Origin: Spirochaetales bacterium
GTDB taxonomy: Bacteria; Spirochaetota; Spirochaetia; JABEVK01
Reading direction: 5' to 3'
Assembly: GCA_037142615.1 (NCBI GenBank)
Contig: JBAXAI010000048.1
Span: forward strand, 1 to 25,505
DNA length: 25,505 bases
Shown here: positions 17,565-25,505 of the stretch, piece by piece
How positions within the stretch are numbered: the stretch's first letter is position 1
Layout of the letters: every line of letters begins with the position of its first letter
Position numbers and translations under genes: made by a program
The notes under the pieces: generated by a model
Seen by the model: only the letters and a program-made list of their open reading frames with translations
What the model was told of the DNA's origin: nothing
Databases searched by the model: none

Positions 17565-18521
17565 CTAGCTGAGATCCGCGACGTCCAAGCCCGTAATCTC
17601 GAGGACTTCCGCCAAGGGGATCTCGCGGGCAAGCATCCTTCGCCCCAGCTCAATTGCTTTTTCCCGCTCGCCTTCCGCCTTGCCTTCTGCTTTGCCTTCT
17701 GCTTTGCCTTCTGCTTTGCCTTCTGCTTTGCCTTCTGCTCTGCCTTCGGCCTTCCCCTCGGCCTTCCCCTCGGCGAGGCCCAGGGCGAGTCCCTCCTCGC
17801 GGCCCTCTTTCTGGGCGTTCCATAGGAAACTCGCTTCGTCCATCTGCTGTTTCATGCGGGCCTTGTAGATCTCCCGGGCTTCGGAGTTCTTTTCGTAGCG
17901 GTAGTAGCGATTTGCCAGTTCCTGCAGACTGTGGTTCTTCTTGAGCAGGACAATCATGGGTCCCTCCAGTTCATCGAGATGTTTCAGGGCGTACAACCAA
18001 TCCGCCAAATCGGAATGGTCGTCCTCGGGTAGTTTCTTGAGTTCCAGATAGTGCATCACGCAGTCGTCGGTCAAACAGACCTCGGGATTGCTCTTTTCCA
18101 TGAGCTGAAACGTGGAATGGTAAGCGATCGAGTCAGGGAACAGGTTGAAGTTCAGTATGCTGACGCTGACCACCGGCATCAGTTTGGTGTAACGGTCGCC
18201 TTCTTCGATCTGCTCGACGTAGCTGTGGGCCCAGTAGTACAAGCTTCGCTCGCCATACTCGGACTGTCGGCGGACCTGCACTTCGACGTTGACCACGGTG
18301 CCGTCGGGCGCCTTGGCCTTGACGTCAATGATCGTGGATTTCGCCGAGTCATATTCCCGCTCGCCGATAGGGTTGATAATCTCGAGCGACGTGAATTCCT
18401 CCATCCCGGCGTGCTTTTGCACCGCATTGATGAAGGAACGTAGAATCTCCGTGCTGCTTTTGGCTCCGAAGAGGTATTTGAACACCACATCGCTCGTCGC
18501 CAGAATCCGTTTCATGTCCAT
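17565..18521 (-). CDS. Rpn-family recombination-promoting nuclease / PD-(D/E)XK nuclease-family putative transposase
   Basis: DVVFKYLFG, IIDVKA, NVEVQ, ERSLYYW, HYLELKK and C-terminal AEGK repeats ending in EITGL; AAGGAG SD. Confidence 0.9.
   Translation of the reverse strand: MDMKRILATSDVVFKYLFGAKSSTEILRSFINAVQKHAGMEEFTSLEIINPIGEREYDSAKSTIIDVKAKAPDGTVVNVEVQVRRQSEYGERSLYYWAHSYVEQIEEGDRYTKLMPVVSVSILNFNLFPDSIAYHSTFQLMEKSNPEVCLTDDCVMHYLELKKLPEDDHSDLADWLYALKHLDELEGPMIVLLKKNHSLQELANRYYRYEKNSEAREIYKARMKQQMDEASFLWNAQKEGREEGLALGLAEGKAEGKAEGRAEGKAEGKAEGKAEGKAEGKAEGEREKAIELGRRMLAREIPLAEVLEITGLDVADLS
17671..17774. repeat. 12-bp coding tandem repeat (CCTTCTGCTTTG), about 8.7 units, encoding AEGK
   Basis: Four exact copies at 17683-17730 flanked by degenerate copies. 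Confidence 0.95.
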
Positions 18522-18578
18522 AGTTTACTCCTTCCCTGACATACGGGGAAGAAGGGTGTTTTGCTTGCGCTACGGCAC

Positions 18579-18609
18579 AAAAAAAAGAGCCACCCTTTCG
18601 GGTGGCTCT
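18579..18609 (-). terminator. Rho-independent terminator of the Msp-like gene
   Basis: Minus strand GAGCCACCC-GAAA-GGGTGGCTC followed by T8. A second hairpin (TCAGC-GCAA-GCTGA) lies between it and the stop codon. Confidence 0.92.
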
Positions 18610-18642
18610 CGAGTCTCAGCTCAGCTTGCGCTGAAGTGAGTC

Positions 18643-19818
18643 TTAGAGGGAGACAGTGGCGGTAACCGACACCAGACCCAGCTTGCTGTTGACCAGGTTG
18701 CTGGAGTCCCACTCGGCGGAAAGGGTGGTGTTGGTGAAGATCTTGGTGAGCGAGGCACCAACCTTGGCGTTCAGGTCGGTCGAACCGTTGACGGACACCT
18801 TGGCGAAGGCGGTGACGCCGTCGGCGGGAGCCAGTTCCAAGTCAGCGTAGATCTTCGAACCGGTGAGCTGGTAGCCAACGTCGAGCGAACCAACCATCAA
18901 CAGATCCTTGGCGATCGAAACCTTGAGAGCTTCGTCGAGCGTGCCGGTGTTCGGGTATTCGGTCTGCGAAGTGATCGACAGGCCCTTGATGATGGGAGCA
19001 GCAACAGTGATAAACGCACCGTACTGGCCATCAGCCGACAGGTGGTAGTCAACCTGAGCGAGCAAGCTCACGATACCGGCGTCGTAACCGACGCTGGCAC
19101 CAATCCCGCTGACGCCATTGGTAACGGTGCTGCCCAAGTACGCAACACCCAGAGTGGCGTGCTCAACAGCAAGCACATTGGCGGTGACAGCGTATTCGAA
19201 GGTCTGCGTCGAAGAAGCCGCAGCGGTCCAGTCCTGGTTGTTGGCAACCTGGAAGATCAGGCCGAGGGTCTTCGGAATGGTGTAACCCACTTCGATGCCA
19301 CCCGTGCTGGTCTGAGCGCTAGTGGTCACGCCATCGGCCACGCCGATGGAGTAGGTGGTCGCACCGTAGGTGCCATTGAAGAGCACGCCGTCGAACAGGT
19401 TGCCCGGGGCCGAGTAGTCCAGCGAGGGATCGACCACGCCGGCCAGCTTGACGTACAGGTCGCCGAGCACAATCTTGGCGTAGTCAAAGGTGATGTCCGA
19501 ACCAGCAACAACATGGCTGCCGGTGGCACCGCCATCGTTCAGGCCAATGCGGAACTCAGCGCTGATCTGGCCCTGCTTGTCAGTCGAAGCCTCCACTGTG
19601 TCCGTGGCGCCATTTACGTCACCGATAAAATTGATGAACACCGAGCCAGAGGTCGTGTTCTGAAGGCCGAAGGTACCCTTATCGAGGTCGTAACCGGCAA
19701 TGAGCGAGCCCGAAGCGTTGACCTTGACCACGAGAGGCGAGGCAACTGCAACGTCAAGGGCAAACGCGAACGTGCCCATGGCCAACAGCGCCAGGAAAGA
19801 AAGAGCGACTTTCTTCAT
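18643..19818 (-). CDS. Major outer sheath protein (Msp/Tpr)-like beta-barrel outer membrane protein
   Basis: Signal peptide ending AFA; SGSLIAGYDLD...GLQN resembles Msp-type N-termini; alternating amphipathic beta strands; AAGGAG SD and strong terminator. Confidence 0.7.
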   Translation of the reverse strand: MKKVALSFLALLAMGTFAFALDVAVASPLVVKVNASGSLIAGYDLDKGTFGLQNTTSGSVFINFIGDVNGATDTVEASTDKQGQISAEFRIGLNDGGATGSHVVAGSDITFDYAKIVLGDLYVKLAGVVDPSLDYSAPGNLFDGVLFNGTYGATTYSIGVADGVTTSAQTSTGGIEVGYTIPKTLGLIFQVANNQDWTAAASSTQTFEYAVTANVLAVEHATLGVAYLGSTVTNGVSGIGASVGYDAGIVSLLAQVDYHLSADGQYGAFITVAAPIIKGLSITSQTEYPNTGTLDEALKVSIAKDLLMVGSLDVGYQLTGSKIYADLELAPADGVTAFAKVSVNGSTDLNAKVGASLTKIFTNTTLSAEWDSSNLVNSKLGLVSVTATVSL

Positions 19819-19844
19819 CTAGAACTCCTTGGAAAAATCAAAAA

Positions 19845-19960
19845 GATGTGTAATACATCCGTATTTTATCTCCCCTCTACGAGAGGAAGGTCCATTCACA
19901 TGGACTTGAGCTATTTGAACACGGGAAAAGGGGTTTGACAAGGCTTTTTTTGTTTTTTTT
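19845..19960 (-). promoter_or_regulatory. Promoter with A-tract UP element and structured 5' UTR of the Msp-like gene
   Basis: A-tract (19945-19960), TTGTCA (19941-19936), weak -10 and three short hairpins at 19890-19905, ~19874-19886 and 19845-19859. Confidence 0.5.
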
Positions 19961-20123
19961 CGGTTTGGCGTCCCGAAAGAATCGGAAAATGTGAAATGGG
20001 ACATTGTTAAGTTATTTTCAGAGAAAGACTTAAATCGGAACAGCAATTCCAGGGGGCGCCGCTTGGTTTAAAGGCTTGCTTGGTCAATGACCGACATAAA
20101 TAGACAATAAGGGACAATAAAGG

Positions 20124-21305
20124 TCAAAGCGAGGTGTCCGTAAACCAGTTTAGACGCAAATTTTGATCATTCGATACTTCTAATCTCTCTAGATACCCGT
20201 TCAGCGTCAGCCGTTCGTCGTCGGTGAGTGCGAAGCGTGTGTTAACGGGGATGATTCCGAAGGTTCGCGCCAGCCGGACCGTCGAAACTCCCTCACTGGT
20301 GCGCCAACCTGTGAGGAAGTGTTCGAGCCAGAACTCGCCGGCGGTGAGGAAATCCGACTCGGTGCCTCCCTTGAGCCACGGGAACAGGCGCGGATTGCGG
20401 GTGCGCAGCGGTCGCCACTCTCCGGCGGGGTTTTTGCCCACGAGGTTGCCTTCGGCTCCCGGTCCCAGCCCCATCCACGGGTCCATGCGCCAGTACACGG
20501 GATTGTGGAGCGACCGGCGACCCGGGAGGGCGAAGTTGCTGATCTCGTACCACTCGAAGCCAGCCGTCTGGAGTTCCTGCTTGGCCCGAAGCCACAGCTG
20601 GTCCTGCACCGAAGGCGTGCTCATTTTGAGTTTTCGGCGACGGACCAAGGAATGGAGGGCCGTTTCAGGCTCAACGGTCAGACTGTAGAGACTGACATGC
20701 GGGGGCGAAAAGGCTAGCAGCGTAGCCAGGTCGGCCTTGAGTTCGGTCCAAGTTTGGGCGGCCTGGCCCAGGTCGCCAGGCAATCCGGTCATCAGGTCGG
20801 CGCTCCACGTGCCCTTCCAGAGGTTGGCGATACGTTCCAGCGCTTGCAGGTTGGCCTCGCGGGTACACCAGCGGCCGAGGGTGTGGAGCCGTTCGGTCGA
20901 GAAGCTCTGAAGGCCGACGCTCAGGCGGGTGATGCCGGCGTCGGCCAGCGAGGCCAGCAAATCAGGTGTGACATTCTCGGGGTTCACTTCGAACCCGGCC
21001 TCGGCCCAGGTGGCCTTGGTGGTGCCCAACGCCGCGTTGAGCCTGTCGAAAAAAGGGCCGATCTTTTCGGGAGGAAGGATGCCGGGGGTGCCGCCACCGA
21101 AGTAGAGGGTGTGGTAGTTCAGCGCCAGGCCATCGCGGTCGGCGCGCTCGCGTTCCCGGGCAGCCTGGTCAACAAGGGCCGTGAGCGTGCGGTCGAGCAG
21201 CTCGGGCGACCAGCCGACTTCGAAGGTAAAATTGCAGTAGCGGCAGCGGTAGTCGCAAAACGGAATGTGCACGTACACCGACATGGGAACAACCGGCCGG
21301 TTCAT
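20124..21305 (-). CDS. hemW: Radical SAM heme chaperone HemW (HemN-like)
   Basis: YVHIPFCDYRCRYCNF, YFGGGTP, EVNP, RLSVGLQS, HVSLYSL, YEISNFA and HNPVYW motifs. Start placed at 21305, 7 nt after TAAGAT. Confidence 0.88.
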   Translation of the reverse strand: MNRPVVPMSVYVHIPFCDYRCRYCNFTFEVGWSPELLDRTLTALVDQAARERERADRDGLALNYHTLYFGGGTPGILPPEKIGPFFDRLNAALGTTKATWAEAGFEVNPENVTPDLLASLADAGITRLSVGLQSFSTERLHTLGRWCTREANLQALERIANLWKGTWSADLMTGLPGDLGQAAQTWTELKADLATLLAFSPPHVSLYSLTVEPETALHSLVRRRKLKMSTPSVQDQLWLRAKQELQTAGFEWYEISNFALPGRRSLHNPVYWRMDPWMGLGPGAEGNLVGKNPAGEWRPLRTRNPRLFPWLKGGTESDFLTAGEFWLEHFLTGWRTSEGVSTVRLARTFGIIPVNTRFALTDDERLTLNGYLERLEVSNDQNLRLNWFTDTSL

Positions 21306-21312
21306 GCCTCCC

Positions 21313-21363
21313 ATCTTACGGAGATTGTTCCCGTTGTCAAAGCAGGGGGGGGAGGTTTAGGCT
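21313..21363. promoter_or_regulatory. Overlapping divergent promoters for hemW and the aminopeptidase
   Basis: Minus strand TTGACA-16-TAAGAT-7-ATG; plus strand TTGTCA-18-TAGGCT-6-ATG. Both -35 hexamers use TTGTCAA at 21334-21340. Confidence 0.65.
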
Positions 21364-21369
21364 GGCAAG

Positions 21370-22470
21370 ATGAGCTTTCCCTCCCCGCTGTCCGACGAGG
21401 CGCTGCTGAACGCCACCCGCATCACGATCCAAGATTCGCTGAAGGTGAAGCCCGGCGAACGGGTGCTGATCATCACTAATCCTCTGACCGACGTCGACGA
21501 GATCTCGAAGTACCTGTACCACTGGGTTCGTGAGGCCGGGGGCGTACCCAACTTGCTGTGGCAGGAACCCAAGACCCTGCTCGACCCCATGGACAAGGCG
21601 GTAAGGTGGGCGTTGCTGTCGGAGCCTGACATTTACATATCAATGTCGGCCAACAAGATTGGCAAAGACGTCGAGGGTGTGGCCAAGCCCTACCTCGCTC
21701 CGGATGGCACCCCGTTCAACAGCCTGCCGATGTACCTGATCAAGGGTAAAAAGTGCACCCGCGGCTTTTGGAGCCCTGGAATCACCCGGGAGCTGTACAG
21801 CAAGTCGGTGCCGGTCGACTTTGCGCGGTTGGGGGCCGACTGCGCGTGGTTGGCCGAACGGCTCAATCGGGCCGTCGCCGTGCGCGTCACTTCGCCGGCG
21901 GGGACAGACATGACGTTTTCGGTGAAAGGGCGCACGGCCTTTGTCGACGACGGCGACTTCAGCCGCCCTGGCACGGGAGGCAACCTGCCGGCCGGGGAGT
22001 CGTTTATTTCACCCGTGGTGGGTAGCACCGAAGGCCGCATCGTGTACGACGGCTCGATGAGCACCAAGGGCGGGACGATCTTCCTGTACCACCCCATCAC
22101 AGTCGAGTTCGAGGCGGGGTACATCACCAGCATTGCCGGCGGCGAAGAGGCCGAGATTCTGGCCGACACCATCCGCGAGGGCGAAGAAAACGCGGCCTCG
22201 CTGGGCGACAAGGCCGACGAGTACCGCCGCAACGCGCGGCACCTGGGCGAATTGGGCATTGGCGTGAACCCACTGGCCGGCATCACCGGCAACATGATTG
22301 TCGACGAAAAGGCCGCCCGGACCTGCCACTTTGCCATCGGCAGCAACTACGACAACGACGGGCCCGCGCTCATCCATCTGGACGGGCTGGTCAAGGAACC
22401 GACGATCGAGCTCGAGCTGGACGACGGCACCCGGCTGGTGCTGCTGGAAGACGGGGAGCTCAAGCGATGA
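21370..22470 (+). CDS. Aminopeptidase, M29 (thermophilic metalloprotease)-like
   Basis: VKPGERVLII, GNLPAGE, LGELGIGVN, DEK, HFAIG and IHLD motifs. Confidence 0.88.
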   Translation: MSFPSPLSDEALLNATRITIQDSLKVKPGERVLIITNPLTDVDEISKYLYHWVREAGGVPNLLWQEPKTLLDPMDKAVRWALLSEPDIYISMSANKIGKDVEGVAKPYLAPDGTPFNSLPMYLIKGKKCTRGFWSPGITRELYSKSVPVDFARLGADCAWLAERLNRAVAVRVTSPAGTDMTFSVKGRTAFVDDGDFSRPGTGGNLPAGESFISPVVGSTEGRIVYDGSMSTKGGTIFLYHPITVEFEAGYITSIAGGEEAEILADTIREGEENAASLGDKADEYRRNARHLGELGIGVNPLAGITGNMIVDEKAARTCHFAIGSNYDNDGPALIHLDGLVKEPTIELELDDGTRLVLLEDGELKR

Positions 22471-23105
22471 TCGTTCCCTACGAAGCCCGCTTCCGCAAAG
22501 ACCTCGTCGAGATCTGCTGGCGCACCGGTTTGTACGGCAAGGACCTGACCGGCACCGACTACTTTATGGACAAGGAAGCCTTCGCGCTGTGCTTTTGCCT
22601 GCACTACGCCGAGTTTTCGCCCGATCTGTGCTTCATCGCGCTGAACGAGGAACGAAAAGCCATCGGCTACATACTGGGCACCACCGACACCAAGGCTCAA
22701 AAAGCCGACTACGTGCGCCAAATGTTGCCGCGCCTGCGCCGACACTTGTTTTTCAACACCTTTTGGATGAGCCGCGAGGACTACCTGAAGATGAGCGCGT
22801 GGGCCAAGAACCGCAAGCGCCCTCGCCTCGAGGACGAACTTCTGGGCGCGTACCCGGCTCACCTGCACATCAACCTGCTGCCGGGCTACCAAGGCCAGGG
22901 GCACGGCAGCCAATTGATGGACACTCTGCTGACCGAGTTCCGGCGGCGAGGTGTACCTGGGGTTCACCTGGGCACCAACAGCGCCAATGAGAAGGCCGTG
23001 CCCTTCTACAAGAAGCAGGGCTTCGCCTTGCTCGACGAAAAGCCCGGCGACATGTGGGGCTTGGGCGGCGATTTGAAGAGCCTGGTGTTCGGGCTGAAGC
23101 TGTAG
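22467..23105 (+). CDS. GNAT-family N-acetyltransferase
   Basis: YPAHLHINLLPGYQGQGHG acetyl-CoA motif and N..AVPFYKKQGF; ATGA overlap with the upstream gene. Confidence 0.9.
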   Translation: MIVPYEARFRKDLVEICWRTGLYGKDLTGTDYFMDKEAFALCFCLHYAEFSPDLCFIALNEERKAIGYILGTTDTKAQKADYVRQMLPRLRRHLFFNTFWMSREDYLKMSAWAKNRKRPRLEDELLGAYPAHLHINLLPGYQGQGHGSQLMDTLLTEFRRRGVPGVHLGTNSANEKAVPFYKKQGFALLDEKPGDMWGLGGDLKSLVFGLKL

Positions 23106-23228
23106 AGGTGCGCGGCCAAAGGACGGGACTGCGAATGTCTTGTAACCAGAAACGTCGACGATTTCGAAAACTCAAGTCTGGAAGTGCTGAGCCCGACCGA
23201 ATTTGTCGCAATCTACTTTCGGGGGTGA
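23106..23228 (+). pseudogene. C-terminal remnant of a PIN-domain (VapC/PIN_3-like) toxin gene
   Basis: Hand translation RCAAKGRDCECLVTRNVDDFENSSLEVLSPTEFVAIYFRG-stop matches the PIN_3 C-terminal pattern CA...cd.ivTRN..DF..s.i.vl.P.ef. No start codon or N-terminal half. Confidence 0.7.
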
Positions 23229-23296
23229 GCTCAGCTGCGATTAAAACTTCCCCCTTTGTTCCATTTCTGGTACAACGGTGGCAGGAGTTGCTGCCC

Positions 23297-23911
23297 ATGC
23301 TGAACGTTGTCACCCTCGACCTGGAAGGGGTTTTGGTCCCTGAAATCTGGATTGAGTTTTCGAAGATCACGAAGATTCCTGAGCTCAAGCTGACCACCCG
23401 CGACGTGCCCGACTACGACGTGCTGATGAACAAGCGCATCGGCATTTTAAGGGAACAGGGGCTCAAGCTGGCCGACATCCAAAGCGTGATCCGTCAGATG
23501 GAGCCGATGGACGGGGCCAAGGAGTTCCTGGACCGCCTGCGATCGCGCACGCAGGTGGTGATTCTGAGCGACACGTTTACCCAATTCGCGGGGCCCTTGA
23601 TGGAGAAACTGGGTATGCCGACGATTTTTTGCAACACGCTGACGGTTGACCCCGACGGTTCGGTGGTCGGGTACAAATTGCGCCAAAAGGACGGCAAACG
23701 CATCGCCGTGCAGGGGTTCCACTCGATGGGGCTGAAGGTGTTCGCGGCCGGCGACAGCTACAACGATACCGGCATGCTGCAAGAAGCCGACGCGGGCTTT
23801 TTCTTTTGCCCGCCGGAAAGTATCATCGCCCAGTTTCCCAAAATCCCGGTGACCTGGAACTACGGCGAGCTCGCCGCCGCCTTTGAGCCCTACTTGAAAG
23901 GAGCCCGCTGA
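23297..23911 (+). CDS. thrH: Bifunctional phosphoserine phosphatase/homoserine phosphotransferase
   Basis: LDLEGVLVPEIW, TTRDVPDYDVLM, ILSDTF and AAGDSYNDTGML motifs; AGGAG SD before ATG 23297. Confidence 0.94.
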   Translation: MLNVVTLDLEGVLVPEIWIEFSKITKIPELKLTTRDVPDYDVLMNKRIGILREQGLKLADIQSVIRQMEPMDGAKEFLDRLRSRTQVVILSDTFTQFAGPLMEKLGMPTIFCNTLTVDPDGSVVGYKLRQKDGKRIAVQGFHSMGLKVFAAGDSYNDTGMLQEADAGFFFCPPESIIAQFPKIPVTWNYGELAAAFEPYLKGAR

Positions 23912-24750
23912 TGCAAGACTTCTTCACCGCTGCGATTTTGGGCGTGATCGAGGGGTTCACCGAGTTTCTGCCGGTGAGCTCGACGGGCCATCTGATCATC
24001 GCCAACCAGTTTTTGAACTTCGCCAACCCGCAGTTCACCAAAATGTTCGACATCGTGATTCAGCTGGGGGCCATTTTGGCGGTGGCGCTGGTGTTTTGGA
24101 AGCGGTTGGTGCCGTGGGGCAAGCACGTCGAAGCGGTGGGTGGCGCCCGCAAGGTGTGGACGCTGTGGCTGTACGCCGTCATCGCCTTTGTGCCGACGGG
24201 ACTGGCCGCCTTTGTGCTCAAGGACTACATGGACCAGTACCTGATGACCCCTGCGGTGGTGGCGTCGACGCTGGTGTTCTACGGAATCGTGTTTCTGTTC
24301 ATTGAGCGGTTCGCGCCCAAGGCCCGTGTGACCGACGTGACCGAGTTGGGCTGGAAGCTGGCCCTGGCGATTGGGTTCATTCAGATTTTGAGCCTGGTGC
24401 CCGGCACCAGCCGCAGCGGCATCACCATCATCGGAGCCTTGCTGTTGGGGGTGGGCCGGGTCGCCGCCACCGAGTTCACGTTCTTTTTGGCGCTGCCGAC
24501 CATGGGCGTGGCAACGCTGTACTCGCTGTATAAATATGTCAAAGAAACACCGCTGGGCTTTACCGGCACCGAACTGGGCTCGCTGGTGGTGGGTTTTGTG
24601 GTGAGCTTTTTCGTGGCGTGGGCCGTCATCGTCGGTTTTGTGCGTTTTGTGCAGAAGAATACGTTTGTGGCTTTCGGGGTGTACCGCATTGTGCTCGGTG
24701 CGGCCGTCGCGGTGCTTCTGGTTCTGGGTGTCTTTCACAGCTCGCTATAG
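23911..24750 (+). CDS. uppP: Undecaprenyl-diphosphate phosphatase
   Basis: EGFTEFLPVSSTGH, IQLGAILA and PGTSRSG motifs; TGATG coupling to thrH. Confidence 0.96.
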   Translation: MQDFFTAAILGVIEGFTEFLPVSSTGHLIIANQFLNFANPQFTKMFDIVIQLGAILAVALVFWKRLVPWGKHVEAVGGARKVWTLWLYAVIAFVPTGLAAFVLKDYMDQYLMTPAVVASTLVFYGIVFLFIERFAPKARVTDVTELGWKLALAIGFIQILSLVPGTSRSGITIIGALLLGVGRVAATEFTFFLALPTMGVATLYSLYKYVKETPLGFTGTELGSLVVGFVVSFFVAWAVIVGFVRFVQKNTFVAFGVYRIVLGAAVAVLLVLGVFHSSL

Positions 24751-25505
24751 CAGGGGAGTCACTTCGGCCACAAACGTGTCGAACGCCAGGCGCAACTGCC
24801 GCTCGAGGGCCAGACTCTCGGTGGTCTGCCCTTGCTTGGCCGAGGTTTCGAGCCGACTGGCGGCTTCGCCCAGGGGCTTGGCCGTGAGATTGTAGGAACT
24901 GCCTTTGATGGCGTGCGCCAGCGCCGCAACTTGAGACCAGTTTCCGGCGGCTCGCGCGACAGCCAGCTGGTCGAGCGTGTCGCGGGTGCGGGGAAGAAAC
25001 CGGGCCAGAAGGCTCAACAACAGCTCGCGATTGCCCAGAAACACCGGCAACGCGGCCGCAAGCGAGAACGTCTGGGTCTGTGGCGGCAGTTCGGGCAGCT
25101 TGGCAACCAGCAGGTGTGGCGCGAACGACCGAATGGCGGCGTCAAGGGCATCGAGCGTAAACGGCTTGGTGAGGATGCCATTCATCCCGGCGGCCAGGCA
25201 GCGTTCGAGTTCACCTTTTACCGCGCTGGCCGTGACCGCGATGATGGGCGCCGTCACGCCCTTCTGGCGCATGCCGGCCGCCGACTCGTACCCGTTCATT
25301 TCGGGCATCTGAAGGTCCATGAACACCAGCTGAGGTTGGAATGTCAGCACTTGGTCGAGAGCCTCGCGACCGTTTTCGACCAAGAACACTTCGTGACCCA
25401 GGCTCGAGAGCAGCAGCAGGAACAACTGCCGGTTGACGTCGTGGTCTTCGGCGACCAGAATCCGTGCCGGCCGCACGCTCTTGCTGTCGGAGTGGGGCAG
25501 ACCCG
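24745..25505 (-). CDS. C-terminal REC + Hpt domains of a hybrid sensor kinase (5'-partial)
   Basis: ILVAEDH, FMDLQMPEMNG, LTKP and Hpt AHAIKGSS. The frame is open to the window edge. Confidence 0.88.
   Translation of the reverse strand, partial: GLPHSDSKSVRPARILVAEDHDVNRQLFLLLLSSLGHEVFLVENGREALDQVLTFQPQLVFMDLQMPEMNGYESAAGMRQKGVTAPIIAVTASAVKGELERCLAAGMNGILTKPFTLDALDAAIRSFAPHLLVAKLPELPPQTQTFSLAAALPVFLGNRELLLSLLARFLPRTRDTLDQLAVARAAGNWSQVAALAHAIKGSSYNLTAKPLGEAASRLETSAKQGQTTESLALERQLRLAFDTFVAEVTPLL

Noticed and set aside
17671-17774. CRISPR array
   Set aside because: Contiguous 12-bp coding repeats with no spacers and no cas genes.
1633-19938. Long antisense ORFs such as 1633-2646, 4884-6053, 6909-7865, 16065-17510 and 19042-19938
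   Set aside because: Shadows of well-supported genes in a high-GC genome, with no recognisable motifs.
23103-23105. Stop-codon readthrough producing a GNAT-PIN fusion
   Set aside because: The GNAT is complete at the TAG, the PIN piece lacks most catalytic residues, and in-frame adjacency occurs by chance one time in three.

Overview
A GC-rich bacterial window, most likely from a spirochaete (inferred from a Prs with a long N-terminal insert, an Msp/Tpr-like outer-membrane protein, a BMP-family ABC transporter and an Rpn/PD-(D/E)XK gene). From about 4.7 kb onward it is mostly housekeeping: prs, hflKC, a degenerate and apparently frameshifted PAS-GGDEF gene, a BMP/CUT2 ABC operon, a HAD phosphatase, rbgA, a PilZ protein, proC, pyk, an Rpn nuclease, an Msp-like porin, hemW, an M29 aminopeptidase, a GNAT, thrH, uppP and the REC-Hpt end of a hybrid kinase. 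The first ~4.6 kb is accessory and holds the best candidate for an undescribed system. An orphan ECF S-component-like membrane protein and a HisKA_3 kinase/NarL-type regulator operon share a near-palindromic, leaderless bidirectional promoter. Downstream, a duplicated ~39-bp promoter motif precedes (i) an unannotated 53-aa signal-peptide ORF and (ii) two zinc-ribbon membrane proteins. Other hidden features are an internal SD+ATG in rpn (possible intragenic antitoxin), a PIN-toxin relic, a DUF4160/DUF2442 TA pair and many leaderless starts. No rRNA, tRNA or CRISPR array was seen. All calls come from reading motifs by eye; no searches were run.
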